From Elusimicrobiota bacterium (GTDB lineage Bacteria; Elusimicrobiota; Elusimicrobia; UBA1565), in the NCBI GenBank assembly GCA_003450735.1, contig DMEZ01000072.1, positions 39,846-103,845 on the forward strand: a stretch of 64,000 nt of DNA, given 5' to 3'. Of this stretch, positions 33,719 through 42,767 are shown piece after piece. Below the pieces are notes generated by a model. That model was given only the letters and a program-made list of their open reading frames with translations, was not told where the DNA came from and searched no databases. Numbering within the stretch: position 1 is the stretch's first letter; each line of letters begins with the position of its first letter. A program made the position numbers and the translations under genes.

Positions 33719-34408
33719 GTGGAATTCAAGTACCGCTTCACCTTCCCCGACAAGTCCGAGCACGTCGTCGACATCGTGCTCGAGGACGACACCCTCAGCC
33801 TCCAGCTCAAGCCCCGCAAGGACCCGCCCGAGTGGACGAAGCTCGGCTACCACCAGTGCGAGGGCTGCCTCCTCAAGGAGAAGGAGCACCCGCACTGCCC
33901 CGCGGCCCTCGTCCTGCTGGAGATGGTCCTCCGGTTCAAGGACTGCAACGCCAGCCAGCTGGTGGACATCGAGATCCATACCGAGCGCCACACCTACTGC
34001 CGGCGCGGGCCGCTGTCCCTGGGAATGAGCTCGCTCGTGGCGGTCTGCCTGCCCGCCTGCGGCTGTCCCGTGCTGGACAAGATCCGGCCGATGGTCTTCA
34101 CCCACCTCCCCTTCGCCTCGCTCCAGCAGAACCTGCACCGCCAGCTGGCCAACTACATGCTGGCCCAGTACTTCCGCTCTCGCCGCGGACTCGAGCCCGA
34201 TTGGGAGATGAAGGGGATGGTGGCCCTCTCGGAGGACATCCACACGGTCAACCGCAACCTCTGCCAGCGCATCTCCTCGGCCTGCCCCAAGGACGCGACG
34301 GTCAACTCGGTCGTCCACCTGGACTGCTTCGCGGGGAACGCTTCGCTCGCCCTGAAGCGCAAGGGCCTGGCCCAGATCGAGCGATGCTTCGCGGCCTACT
34401 TCCGCTAG
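33719..34408 (+). CDS. Cys-rich hypothetical protein (229 aa, GTG start)
   Basis: VEFKYRFTFPDKSEHVVDIVL...YHQCEGCLLKEKEHPHCPAAL...CLPACGCPVLD. Normal composition, unlike the upstream 317 codons of track ORF 32768..34408, which are Arg/Pro/His-rich and overlap the regulator gene. Confidence 0.6.
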   Translation: MEFKYRFTFPDKSEHVVDIVLEDDTLSLQLKPRKDPPEWTKLGYHQCEGCLLKEKEHPHCPAALVLLEMVLRFKDCNASQLVDIEIHTERHTYCRRGPLSLGMSSLVAVCLPACGCPVLDKIRPMVFTHLPFASLQQNLHRQLANYMLAQYFRSRRGLEPDWEMKGMVALSEDIHTVNRNLCQRISSACPKDATVNSVVHLDCFAGNASLALKRKGLAQIERCFAAYFR

Positions 34409-35373
34409 CCCCCATGGGCGCCCTTCTCTGCCTCGCACTGTTCCGGCCGCCCCTTCTCCATGCGGCGGAGCGTCCTTCCTGGTTCGACCAGACGATCACC
34501 CAGCAGGACGGGCACTTCCTGGTCGTCGGGCATTCCGGGCCCCGGAAGGACAAGGCCCAGGCGAAGGACGAGGCGTTGGCCGACGCCATGACGCAGTTCG
34601 TGGGCTACTGCAAGACGGACGTGGACTCCCTGAGCCGGAGCTACGACGTCTATTCGGCCGTGGGCGGCGCGACCCGCAGTTCGTCGACCATGGAGATCCA
34701 CAGCCAGCTGCGCGTCAAGGCCTTCGTCCGGCGTGCGCTGCCGATGGATTGGTTCGTCCGCAAGGAGAAAGGCTCGACCTTCGCCTCCGTGCTGCTGAAG
34801 GTGCCCCAGGAGGAGTTCGAGCGCCTCACCCGGGAGAAAAGCATCAAGCTCTCGGTGGACATCGCCTTCTTCTACGAGGACGCGAAGAAGAAGATGCGCC
34901 CCCTCAAGGACGGGGACGTGCTCAAGTCGGGAGACGGCTACGCCCTCTACATCAAGCCCAGCGACACGAGCTTCCTCTACGTCTACCAGGTGGACGCGCT
35001 CGGGAAGTCGTTCCGCCTGTTCCCGAACCCGGAGTTCAGGACGGCCGAGAACCCGGTGGCGGCCGGGCTGGACGTGTGGGTCCCCAACCAGAAGGACGTC
35101 CTGTTCCTGGACGAGACGACGGGGAAGGAGTTTTTCTACGTGTTCGGCTCGCCGGAGGCCCTCCCGGAGTTCGAAGGCGAGAAGGCCGTGAATCTGACCC
35201 GCAAGGACCTCGACGCCGTGATAGGCTTCAAGAAGATGGGCGTGGCGGGGCTCCGGCAGAAGCTCGACGCCTCCAAGGTCGCCCTGCCCGAGAAGACGGA
35301 CGTCGTGGAAGTGAAGAAGAAGCTCCAGGCCGAAGGCGCGTTCGTCTACGAGACCTGGTTCTGGCACCGCTAG
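34384..35373 (+). CDS. DUF4384 domain secreted protein
   Basis: Signal-like MLRGLLPLAPMGALLCLALFRPPLLHA. DUF4384-like core LKSGDGYALYIKPSDTSFLYVYQVDALGKSFRLFPN. Alternative ATG at 34414. Confidence 0.75.
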   Translation: MLRGLLPLAPMGALLCLALFRPPLLHAAERPSWFDQTITQQDGHFLVVGHSGPRKDKAQAKDEALADAMTQFVGYCKTDVDSLSRSYDVYSAVGGATRSSSTMEIHSQLRVKAFVRRALPMDWFVRKEKGSTFASVLLKVPQEEFERLTREKSIKLSVDIAFFYEDAKKKMRPLKDGDVLKSGDGYALYIKPSDTSFLYVYQVDALGKSFRLFPNPEFRTAENPVAAGLDVWVPNQKDVLFLDETTGKEFFYVFGSPEALPEFEGEKAVNLTRKDLDAVIGFKKMGVAGLRQKLDASKVALPEKTDVVEVKKKLQAEGAFVYETWFWHR

Positions 35374-35391
35374 GCGCGGAGCCTCTCCCCC

Positions 35392-36588
35392 TCAGACCGC
35401 TTCCAGCAGGGCGAAGTGCAGGTACTCCGTCTCCGGCATCGCCAGGAGCACGGGGTGGTCCTGCGCCTGCCCCCGCACGGAGAGCACGCGGAAGCTCCGG
35501 CGCGCCTTCATGCCGGCGGAGCGGAGCATGTCCATGAAGTCCTTCCTCCCGACGTGGTGCGAGCAGGTGCTCGTCGCCAGCAGACCGCCCCGCGGCAGGC
35601 ACTTCATGGCCGCGGCGTTGAGCTTCGCGTAGGCCCGCAGGGCGGAGGGCAGGTGCTTGCGCGAGTGCACGAAGCTCGGCGGGTCGAGCAGGATGAAGTC
35701 CGGCTGGGTGGTCTGGGCCCCGCTCGCGAAGGACTCGAGCACCTCGCCCGCGTCGCCCTCGTCGAACTCGCAGGTCTCGTGGAGCCCGTTGAGCTTCGCG
35801 CTCTCCCGAGCCAGTTCCACGGCCGGCCCCGAGCTGTCGAGCCCCAGCGTCTCCAGGGCGCCGTTCTTGGCCGCGGTCAAGCTGAACGAACCGCTGAAGC
35901 AGAACAGGTCGAGGACCGTGCGCCCCTTGAAGTACGGCGCCAGGAAGGCGCGGTTCTCCCGCTGGTCGAAGTAGAAGCCGGTCTTCTGGCTCCCTCCGCC
36001 CACGGCGACCGCGTACTGGAGCCCGTCGACCGAGAGGGTCAGGCGGTCGGGCACCTCGCCCCGGGCGGTCCTCGTCTCGGCTTTCAGGCCTTCGAGGACG
36101 CGGGCGGGGTGGTCGTTCTTCAGGTAGATCCCCTTCGGCTTGAGCAGGCGCTCGAGCGCGTTCAGGACGGCGTCGAGGCGCTTCTCCATGCCCGCCGCGA
36201 GCACCTGGAGCACGAGCACGTCCTCGTAGCGGTCCACGACCAGGCCCGGCAGGTTGTCCGACTCGCCGAAGCAGAGGCGGTAGGAGCGCTCCCCCCCTAG
36301 GCGCGCCTCGCGCAGGGCGTTGGCGGCCTGCAGGCGCTCGTAGAAGAACTCCTCTCCCGCGTCCGTCAGACCGCGGGAGAGCAGGCGGAAGGAGATGAGG
36401 CTGTGCGGGTTGTAGAAGCCCGTCCCGACCAGCGCCCCGCCGGCGGTCTTGAGGACGGCGAGGCCGCCGGGCTCGACCTTCGGCACCTCCTTGAGCTCGT
36501 TGGAGAACGCCCACAGGTGCCCGGCGAAGAGCCGGTCTTCCTCCTTCGGCTTGAGCGTCAGCGTGAGAACGTCGGTTTCAGCCGGCAT
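35392..36588 (-). CDS. rlmI: Class I SAM-dependent 23S rRNA m5C methyltransferase (RlmI/YwbD-like, PUA + MTase)
   Basis: 398 aa. SQKTGFYFDQREN, VLDLFCFSGSFSL, ILLDPPSF. Confidence 0.85.
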   Translation of the reverse strand: MPAETDVLTLTLKPKEEDRLFAGHLWAFSNELKEVPKVEPGGLAVLKTAGGALVGTGFYNPHSLISFRLLSRGLTDAGEEFFYERLQAANALREARLGGERSYRLCFGESDNLPGLVVDRYEDVLVLQVLAAGMEKRLDAVLNALERLLKPKGIYLKNDHPARVLEGLKAETRTARGEVPDRLTLSVDGLQYAVAVGGGSQKTGFYFDQRENRAFLAPYFKGRTVLDLFCFSGSFSLTAAKNGALETLGLDSSGPAVELARESAKLNGLHETCEFDEGDAGEVLESFASGAQTTQPDFILLDPPSFVHSRKHLPSALRAYAKLNAAAMKCLPRGGLLATSTCSHHVGRKDFMDMLRSAGMKARRSFRVLSVRGQAQDHPVLLAMPETEYLHFALLEAV

Positions 36589-37339
36589 AGACAGCCTCCC
36601 CTACTCGGATGCCCGTCGAGGCAGCGAAGCTGCCCTCCCGGATGGACAACTCCACGAAGCCGTACGATCCGACGACCGCGAGCGGAGCGCCGCGCCGCGC
36701 GTCGGCGTAGCAGGACACGAGAGGCGCGCGCACGCCGCGGGCCCTCAACGCTCTCGCCCTCAGCCCTTCGCCGGAGAGGTTGGTCACGGCGTTGCCGAAG
36801 CGGTCGATGAGCACGACCTCCCCGGCGAGCCTCCCCCCCCTGCGCCGCGGCTTGGGCCACGGGAGCCGGATGAACGAGCTCTTCCGGGGTCCCAGCCGGG
36901 CGGGCGGCAGGCCGCAGGCGAGGGCCGCGGCCGTCGGCGCGAACACGTCCCGGCCGTGGAAGGTCGGGCTCGGGTCCTTCAGCCACAGCCCCCGGGCCGT
37001 GAGGGAGCGCACCTCGCGGAAGGGATCCGCCTCGGCGGCCAAAGTCAGCAGGCCGTTGTCCGGGGCCAGGTAGGTGTGGCGCCTCCCGCGGGCCCACAGC
37101 AGGGCCCGGCGGGAGCCCACCCCGGGGTCCACGACGCAGACGAAGAGCGTGTTCTCCGGGTAGTAGGGGAGGGCCGAGCGCAGGTGGAGCGCGGCGGCCC
37201 GGATGTCGTGGCGCGGCACGCCGTGGCAGAGGTCGACGAGCCGGGCCCGCGGGGCCCGGGAGAGCAGCACGCCCCGCATCACGCCGGCGTAGGGGTCGTC
37301 GTGGCCGAAGTCCGTGAGGAGGGCGATGAGCGCTCTCAT
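36578..37339 (-). CDS. SAM hydrolase / SAM-dependent halogenase family protein (DUF62)
   Basis: MRALIALLTDFGHDDPYAGVMRGVL, VVDPGVGS, TFHGRDVFAP. The ATG overlaps the purB stop (ATGA). The track fuses it to an off-frame 676-aa ORF. Confidence 0.85.
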   Translation of the reverse strand: MRALIALLTDFGHDDPYAGVMRGVLLSRAPRARLVDLCHGVPRHDIRAAALHLRSALPYYPENTLFVCVVDPGVGSRRALLWARGRRHTYLAPDNGLLTLAAEADPFREVRSLTARGLWLKDPSPTFHGRDVFAPTAAALACGLPPARLGPRKSSFIRLPWPKPRRRGGRLAGEVVLIDRFGNAVTNLSGEGLRARALRARGVRAPLVSCYADARRGAPLAVVGSYGFVELSIREGSFAASTGIRVGEAVYAG

Positions 37340-38646
37340 GCGAGGCCGGCCCGGCGGAACACCGCATCCAAAGACGCGCCGTAGGATTCCAGGTCGAAGC
37401 AGGCGTCGAGCCCCTTGACGCCCAGGAGCCGGCGCACGTCCGGGTCGGCCGCGAGGATCCTGCGAAAAGGGACGCGCCGGCGCCAGCACGCCATGGCGCA
37501 GCGCTGGACCACCGCGTAGGCCTCCACCCGGCCCAGGCCCTTGTCGATGAGGGCGAGCAGCACGCGCTGGCTGAAGACGAGGCCGTGGGACCGCGCCAGG
37601 TTCTCCTTCATGCGCTCGGGGTGCACCTCGAGGCCCTCGAGCACGCGGGCGAAGCGGGCGAGCATGAAGTCCAGCAGGATGGCCGCGTCCGGGAGGACGA
37701 CCCGCTCGACGGAGGAGTGGCTGATGTCCCGCTCGTGCCAGAGCGCGGTGTCCTCGAGGACGGCCGCGTGGTAGGAGCGGAGGAGCCGAGCGAGGCCGCA
37801 GAGGTTCTCGCAGAGGATGGGGTTGCGCTTGTGCGGCATCGCCGACGAGCCCTTCTGCCCCTTCCCGAAAGGCTCCTCGGCCTCCAGCACCTCGGTGCGC
37901 TGGAGGTGGCGGATCTCGGTGGCGAAGCGCTCGATGGCCCCGGCGCTCAAAGCGAGGGCGTGCAGGTACTCCGCGTGCCGGTCGCGCGGGACCACCTGCG
38001 TGGAGGCCGGCTCGGGGCGCAACCCTAAGCGCCGGCAGACCTCCTCCTCCACCTTGGGCGAGAGCTGGGTGTGCATCCCGACCGCGCCCGAGAGTTTGCC
38101 GAAGGAGACGGCCTCCTTGGCGCGGCGCAGGCGCTCCTGGCACCGCACGAGCTCCGCGTGCCAGCCGGCCAGCTTGAAGCCGAAGGTGATGGGCTCCGCG
38201 TGCACCCCGTGGGTGCGGCCCGCCATCCAGGTCCGCCGGTGGCGCAGAGCCAGCTCCGCCGTGAGCCGCCGGAGGCGCTCCAGGCCCTCGGCGAGGATGT
38301 CCGAGGCCTCCTTGAGCTGAAGGGCCAGGGCCGTGTCGAGCACGTCGGAGGAGGTCAGGCCGTAGTGCAGGTAGCGCACGACCGCGGGGGCCCGGGGTCC
38401 CAGGGCCTCGGAGACGGCCTCGATCATCGCGACCACGTCGTGCGCGCTCTGCTCCTCCTTCGCCTTCACCGCGGCGTAGAGAGGCCGCGAGAGCACCTTC
38501 CTCAGCTCGCGGATCTCGCGCGCGGGGATGCGCTTCGGCTCGGCTAGGACTTCGAGCAGCGCCGCCTCCACCTCCAGCATGCGCCGGATGCGGCGCTCGT
38601 CGTTCCACACGGCGGCCATCTCGGGACGGCTATAGCGTTCGATCAT
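37336..38646 (-). CDS. purB: Adenylosuccinate lyase
   Basis: MIERYSRPEM, HYGLTSSDVLDT, signature GSSAMPHKRNP. Confidence 0.95.
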   Translation of the reverse strand: MIERYSRPEMAAVWNDERRIRRMLEVEAALLEVLAEPKRIPAREIRELRKVLSRPLYAAVKAKEEQSAHDVVAMIEAVSEALGPRAPAVVRYLHYGLTSSDVLDTALALQLKEASDILAEGLERLRRLTAELALRHRRTWMAGRTHGVHAEPITFGFKLAGWHAELVRCQERLRRAKEAVSFGKLSGAVGMHTQLSPKVEEEVCRRLGLRPEPASTQVVPRDRHAEYLHALALSAGAIERFATEIRHLQRTEVLEAEEPFGKGQKGSSAMPHKRNPILCENLCGLARLLRSYHAAVLEDTALWHERDISHSSVERVVLPDAAILLDFMLARFARVLEGLEVHPERMKENLARSHGLVFSQRVLLALIDKGLGRVEAYAVVQRCAMACWRRRVPFRRILAADPDVRRLLGVKGLDACFDLESYGASLDAVFRRAGLA

Positions 38647-39856
38647 CGTAGAGCTCCAGGTCCTTGAGTCCTTCCTCGCGCGGGGTGAGCTGCCGCGCGA
38701 ACTGGGCGAAGCCCGCCGCCGCGAGCAGTCCGACGGCGCAGACAGCGAGCCAGGGCGCCGCCGGCCAGCGCGGGCTCAGGCTCTGCTGGAGGGCGCCCCC
38801 CAGCAGGGGCCCGAGGGCCACGCCGATCTGCTCCATGAAGCCCGCGAAGCCGACGTAGCGGCCCTTCAGGCCCTCGGGGGCCAGGTTGGCCATGAGCGCC
38901 TGCAAAGACGGGGAGACCGTCACCTCGCCCAGGGAGACCACGGTCATCGAGGCGGCGAGAGCGCCCAGGCCGCTGAAGAATCCCACCGACGCGTAGCCCG
39001 CCGCGTAGAGCAGACAGCCGGTTGTGAGCGCCGTGGTGAGGCGCCCCCGCGCGATGAGGCGCGTGACGAGGTTCTGGGTCGCGACGACGATCAGGCCGTT
39101 GAGCGAGAAGAGCAGGCCGACCTGCGCATCGCTCAAGCCCGCGTAGGTCACGGCGTGCACGGAGAGCGTGACCACCATTTGGGCCATGACCATCCCGATG
39201 AGCAGGGCATAGAGGGAGAAGCGCAAAAAACGCTCGTCGCGCGCGGCCGTGAACAGGTCGGCCGGGTGGAAGGGCGCCGCCGGCTGGCGGGGCGCCTCGC
39301 CGGCCTCCTTCAGGGCCCGGGTGAGCAGGCCGCAGACCCCGCAGACGAGGGCCGTCGCGGCGAACATCCCAGGATACGACCAGCCCGCCAGCCGCCCCCC
39401 GAGCGCCGGGCCGAGGGCCCAGCCGAGGTTGAGCGCGACCCTCAGCCAGCCGTAGGCGTGCAGGCGCTCGTCGGGGCCGGAGTGGTCGGCGATCCAGCTG
39501 CGGGCGGCGGGGGCGAAGGCGAAGCCCACCAGGCTCGCCCCCATGTGCAGGAGGACGAGCGCCCACACCGGCCCCTGCGCCCAGAGCGCCGCGCTGAGCG
39601 CCGCCGTCAACAAGCCGCGGCCCCAGAGCGCCGCCTCCATCACCCGCCGCCGGCCCAGCCGGTCGGAGAGGTCGCCGCCCCAGCCGTGGCTGGCGGCGGA
39701 GGCGAGCAGGGAGAGGGACAGGAAGGCCCCGACCCAGCCCATCGGGACGCCGCGGGTCTTGTTGAGGTACAGGGCGAAGAACGGGAACGAGAGAGCGAGC
39801 CCCGCGGTCAGCAGGCCTTGGCAGAGGCACAGGATCCACAGAGCCCGCCCCTTCAC
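38630..39856 (-). CDS. MFS transporter
   Basis: 408 aa, about 12 TM helices, GDLSDRLGRRRVM loop motif, GTG start. Confidence 0.85.
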   Translation of the reverse strand: MKGRALWILCLCQGLLTAGLALSFPFFALYLNKTRGVPMGWVGAFLSLSLLASAASHGWGGDLSDRLGRRRVMEAALWGRGLLTAALSAALWAQGPVWALVLLHMGASLVGFAFAPAARSWIADHSGPDERLHAYGWLRVALNLGWALGPALGGRLAGWSYPGMFAATALVCGVCGLLTRALKEAGEAPRQPAAPFHPADLFTAARDERFLRFSLYALLIGMVMAQMVVTLSVHAVTYAGLSDAQVGLLFSLNGLIVVATQNLVTRLIARGRLTTALTTGCLLYAAGYASVGFFSGLGALAASMTVVSLGEVTVSPSLQALMANLAPEGLKGRYVGFAGFMEQIGVALGPLLGGALQQSLSPRWPAAPWLAVCAVGLLAAAGFAQFARQLTPREEGLKDLELYDDRTL

Positions 39857-39859
39857 CTC

Positions 39860-40450
39860 TCACTCGCCTTGAAGGAAATCCAGGATGTCTTTGCGGCCGA
39901 GCCGGGAGAGCGGCACCTGGCGGGCGCACAGCTCGCAGGCGTCCGGCGGGGCGACCTTCACGGGGTAGCTGACCAGCGCGCGGATCGGCACGGGGATGGG
40001 CAGGGGCGTGGTGGAGCGGTCGAGGATGGCGGCGACCCCGACCACCTTGGCCCCGTAGGCCTGCGCGAGGGCGACGACCTCGGAGGTGGTGTGGCCGGTG
40101 GTCAGGACGTCCTCGACCACGAGCACCCTCTCGCCCGGCGAGAGCTGGAACTCCCGGCCGAGGGACATCGCCCCGCCGACCCTTTCGGTGAAGATGGAGC
40201 GGCACTTTCGCACGCGGGCGACCTCCTGCCCGATGACGACCCCGCCCACCGCCGGCGCGATGACCACGTCCGCCTCGGAGGGGAACTTCGCGCTCATAGC
40301 CTTGGCGATCTTCTGGGCCAGGTGCGGGTACTGGAGGACGACGGCGGCCTGGATGAAGGTCGGGCTGTGCAGCCCGGAGGGCAGGCGGAAGTGCCCGCTG
40401 ACGATCGCTCCGTGCTCCTGCAGGATGCCGATGACGTCGAGTTTGTTCAT
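39860..40450 (-). CDS. pyrE: Orotate phosphoribosyltransferase
   Basis: MNKLDVIGILQEHGAIVSGHFRLPSGLHS, PRPP loop VLVVEDVLTTGHTT. Only the last 196 codons of track ORF 39860..42769 are credible. The ATG overlaps the asmA stop (ATGA). Confidence 0.9.
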   Translation of the reverse strand: MNKLDVIGILQEHGAIVSGHFRLPSGLHSPTFIQAAVVLQYPHLAQKIAKAMSAKFPSEADVVIAPAVGGVVIGQEVARVRKCRSIFTERVGGAMSLGREFQLSPGERVLVVEDVLTTGHTTSEVVALAQAYGAKVVGVAAILDRSTTPLPIPVPIRALVSYPVKVAPPDACELCARQVPLSRLGRKDILDFLQGE

Positions 40451-42735
40451 GGTCTCCCCGCGGCTTGGATCTTCCCGCAGCCGGAGGCGCCGGCCAGGGG
40501 GTCGAACGGGACGGTCTTCTTCATGCTCTGGGTCAGGGCGTCCTCGATGTCGGAGGCGCCCATCTTGCGGAGGGTGAGCTCCGTGGTGGGCTTGTTGAGG
40601 TCGTCCTTGACGAGCAGCTCGATGGCGGGCCGTCCCTGCCCGTCCACCAGGCGCTCCGGCAGCTGCCCCCGCGACTTCGTCAGGCGCATGAGCACCCGGG
40701 CGTCCAGCTTCTCGCTGGCGAAGTCCACCTTCCCGTCGGCGAACGCCAGGAACTGAGGGCCGTCGGAATGGATGAAGCGGATATCCATCTTCCCGTCGTC
40801 CACCCGGAAGTCGCCGTACTGCCGGTTGAAATCGTAGGTCGAGGGCGTGGCCGTGTCGGGGCTGAGGACCGCCTTCGCGTTCATCTCGTGCATGTAGGTG
40901 TAGGGCAGGAGGAGCACGCTGAGGACCTTGTGCGCGGCGCGCACGGTCTGCACGTCGCTGACGATCCCCGGCCCGAAGGCGAGGCGGAACTCCCCGTCCA
41001 CGTCCTTGAGGCCGCGGGCGATCGACTTGAGGTCGAAGAGCAGCTCCAGGTTCTGGGTACGGAAATGCGGGCTGAAGGCCTCCGCGACGCGGATGCGCCC
41101 CCGGATGTCCGGGAACTTCTTGGGGATGGAGTGCTTGAAGACCTGCGACCACGGCCGCTGGGGCGGGGGCGGCTCGTCGGCGGCCTTGCGGCGCCGCTCG
41201 ATGGTCTCGAGGACGGAGACGTAAAAGGCGTCGGTCTGGAGCTTGTCCAAGCTCAAGTCGCCCACCACCTGGCGGGGAGCCTCCCAGCCCCGGACGCAAC
41301 CCTTGAAGCCCACCCGGCTGTCGTTCCAGAGCGCCGAGAAGCCCCGTATGTCGAGGTCCCCCTTGGCGGCGCGCGCGTCGAGCGAGACCTCGTAGAGCAC
41401 GTGGCCCAGGCCGATGTAGGTGCCCCGCTTGACCGCGAGGTCGACCGTCTTGAAGCCGTCGGGCGTACGCAGGGAGAGGACGGCGTTCGAGATGCCCTGC
41501 GCGGAAGAGATGTTGACCGCGAAGCCGTCGAGGTCCAGGGAGAGCGTCCCGACCTTCGGCTTGGCCAAAGGCCCCGAGACCGAGGCCGCGCCGCTCAGGG
41601 TGCCCGTGAGCGTGCGCCCCGACCAGGCGGCGTAGTAGCGCGAGGCGCGCTCGAGGTCGAAGCCCCGCAGGGAGGCGTTCATGCGCAGGGTCTTGGCGTC
41701 GACGCGGCCGCGGGCGCTGAGGAAGGCCCCTTCGAGCCCGCCCTCGAGCTGCTCCACCTGGTAGGCGCGCTCCATCCAAGACGTCCCCTCCGGCGCGGGC
41801 AGGGCCGCCATCTTCAGGCGCCATACGCTCGGCGGGACGTCGATGCCGGCGGGGACCTTGGCGAAGCGGGAGAGCAGTCCGGAATCGATGCGGGGGACCT
41901 GGACCTTCAGGTCCAGCCGGGGCTGGGCGAAGTTGCGCAAAGAACCGGAGAGGTCGGCCGTCGCGGGGCCCATCGAGACCGTGAGGCGCTTGGCCGCCAC
42001 GTAGGCCTCCTCCCTGCGCTTGAAGCCCGCCAGGGAGAGGACGCCCTTGAACGCCACGTCGGCGTCTATGCGGCGGCCGTCGATGAGGCTGTCCCAGCCG
42101 AAGGCGATCTCGGCCGGGAAGGGGGCCTCGAAGCTGAAATCGTCGAAGGCCATCCGCAGGTCGGAGAAGCGCAGTTCCGTCTTCTTCTTGAGGTCGCGCA
42201 CCCGCAGCTCGCCGCGCTCGATACGGATCGCGTCGGCGAACTGCAGGGGCGGCAGGGCGATGCGGCCCTGGGGCTGGGGAGTCGACTTGAAGACGTCCTG
42301 CAGGTTCCAGCGGCCGTCCTCCCGGCGGACGAGCTCGATGCGCGGGGAGAGCAGGCGGACCAGGCTCAGCTCCAGGCGCCCCGCCAGCAGGGCCGCCAGG
42401 TCGTAGCGGATGACGAGGGAGTCGCTGGAGAGGAAGGTCTCCCCGGGGAAGTCCGGGCTCTCGCGCACGACGAGGCCGTCCACCCGGAGGCCCTGGTGCA
42501 GCACCACGGTGACCCGCCGCACGCTCACGGGCCGATTGAAGGTGCGCTCGAGCTGCTGGGCCACGGACGACTGCAGCCACTCGGGCGTGAGGTAGCGCGA
42601 GGCGACCGCGATGCCGACCGCGGTGCCGACCACCGCCAGGAAGAGGGCGAGCCCGAGGGTCCAGACGAGGGACCGGCCGATGAGGCGCAGCGTCCTGCCG
42701 AGCCGACCGAGGGCGCGCGGCTTCTTCTTGGGCAT
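40447..42735 (-). CDS. AsmA-family outer-membrane biogenesis protein
   Basis: 762 aa, N-terminal anchor MPKKKPRALGRLGRTLRLIGRSLVWTLGLALFLAVV, then long beta-rich repetitive body typical of AsmA/TamB-like proteins. Confidence 0.7.
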   Translation of the reverse strand: MPKKKPRALGRLGRTLRLIGRSLVWTLGLALFLAVVGTAVGIAVASRYLTPEWLQSSVAQQLERTFNRPVSVRRVTVVLHQGLRVDGLVVRESPDFPGETFLSSDSLVIRYDLAALLAGRLELSLVRLLSPRIELVRREDGRWNLQDVFKSTPQPQGRIALPPLQFADAIRIERGELRVRDLKKKTELRFSDLRMAFDDFSFEAPFPAEIAFGWDSLIDGRRIDADVAFKGVLSLAGFKRREEAYVAAKRLTVSMGPATADLSGSLRNFAQPRLDLKVQVPRIDSGLLSRFAKVPAGIDVPPSVWRLKMAALPAPEGTSWMERAYQVEQLEGGLEGAFLSARGRVDAKTLRMNASLRGFDLERASRYYAAWSGRTLTGTLSGAASVSGPLAKPKVGTLSLDLDGFAVNISSAQGISNAVLSLRTPDGFKTVDLAVKRGTYIGLGHVLYEVSLDARAAKGDLDIRGFSALWNDSRVGFKGCVRGWEAPRQVVGDLSLDKLQTDAFYVSVLETIERRRKAADEPPPPQRPWSQVFKHSIPKKFPDIRGRIRVAEAFSPHFRTQNLELLFDLKSIARGLKDVDGEFRLAFGPGIVSDVQTVRAAHKVLSVLLLPYTYMHEMNAKAVLSPDTATPSTYDFNRQYGDFRVDDGKMDIRFIHSDGPQFLAFADGKVDFASEKLDARVLMRLTKSRGQLPERLVDGQGRPAIELLVKDDLNKPTTELTLRKMGASDIEDALTQSMKKTVPFDPLAGASGCGKIQAAGRP

Positions 42736-42754
42736 CGAAGGGGTATTTTAACTT

Positions 42755-42760
42755 TATAAT
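42755..42760 (+). promoter_or_regulatory. -10 box TATAAT placed 7 nt before the ATG at 42768 (leaderless-type arrangement)
   Basis: ctTTATAATatgccccATGccc, in a 32-bp divergent gap between asmA and the secreted-protein gene. No Shine-Dalgarno is possible. Confidence 0.45.
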
Positions 42761-42767
42761 ATGCCCC

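Noticed and set aside
37340-38608. N-terminal 423 codons of the 676-aa ORF 36578..38608
   Set aside because: This is off-frame reading of purB (Arg/Gly/Pro-rich). The real gene is the DUF62 SAM hydrolase, starting at 37339 with an ATGA overlap.
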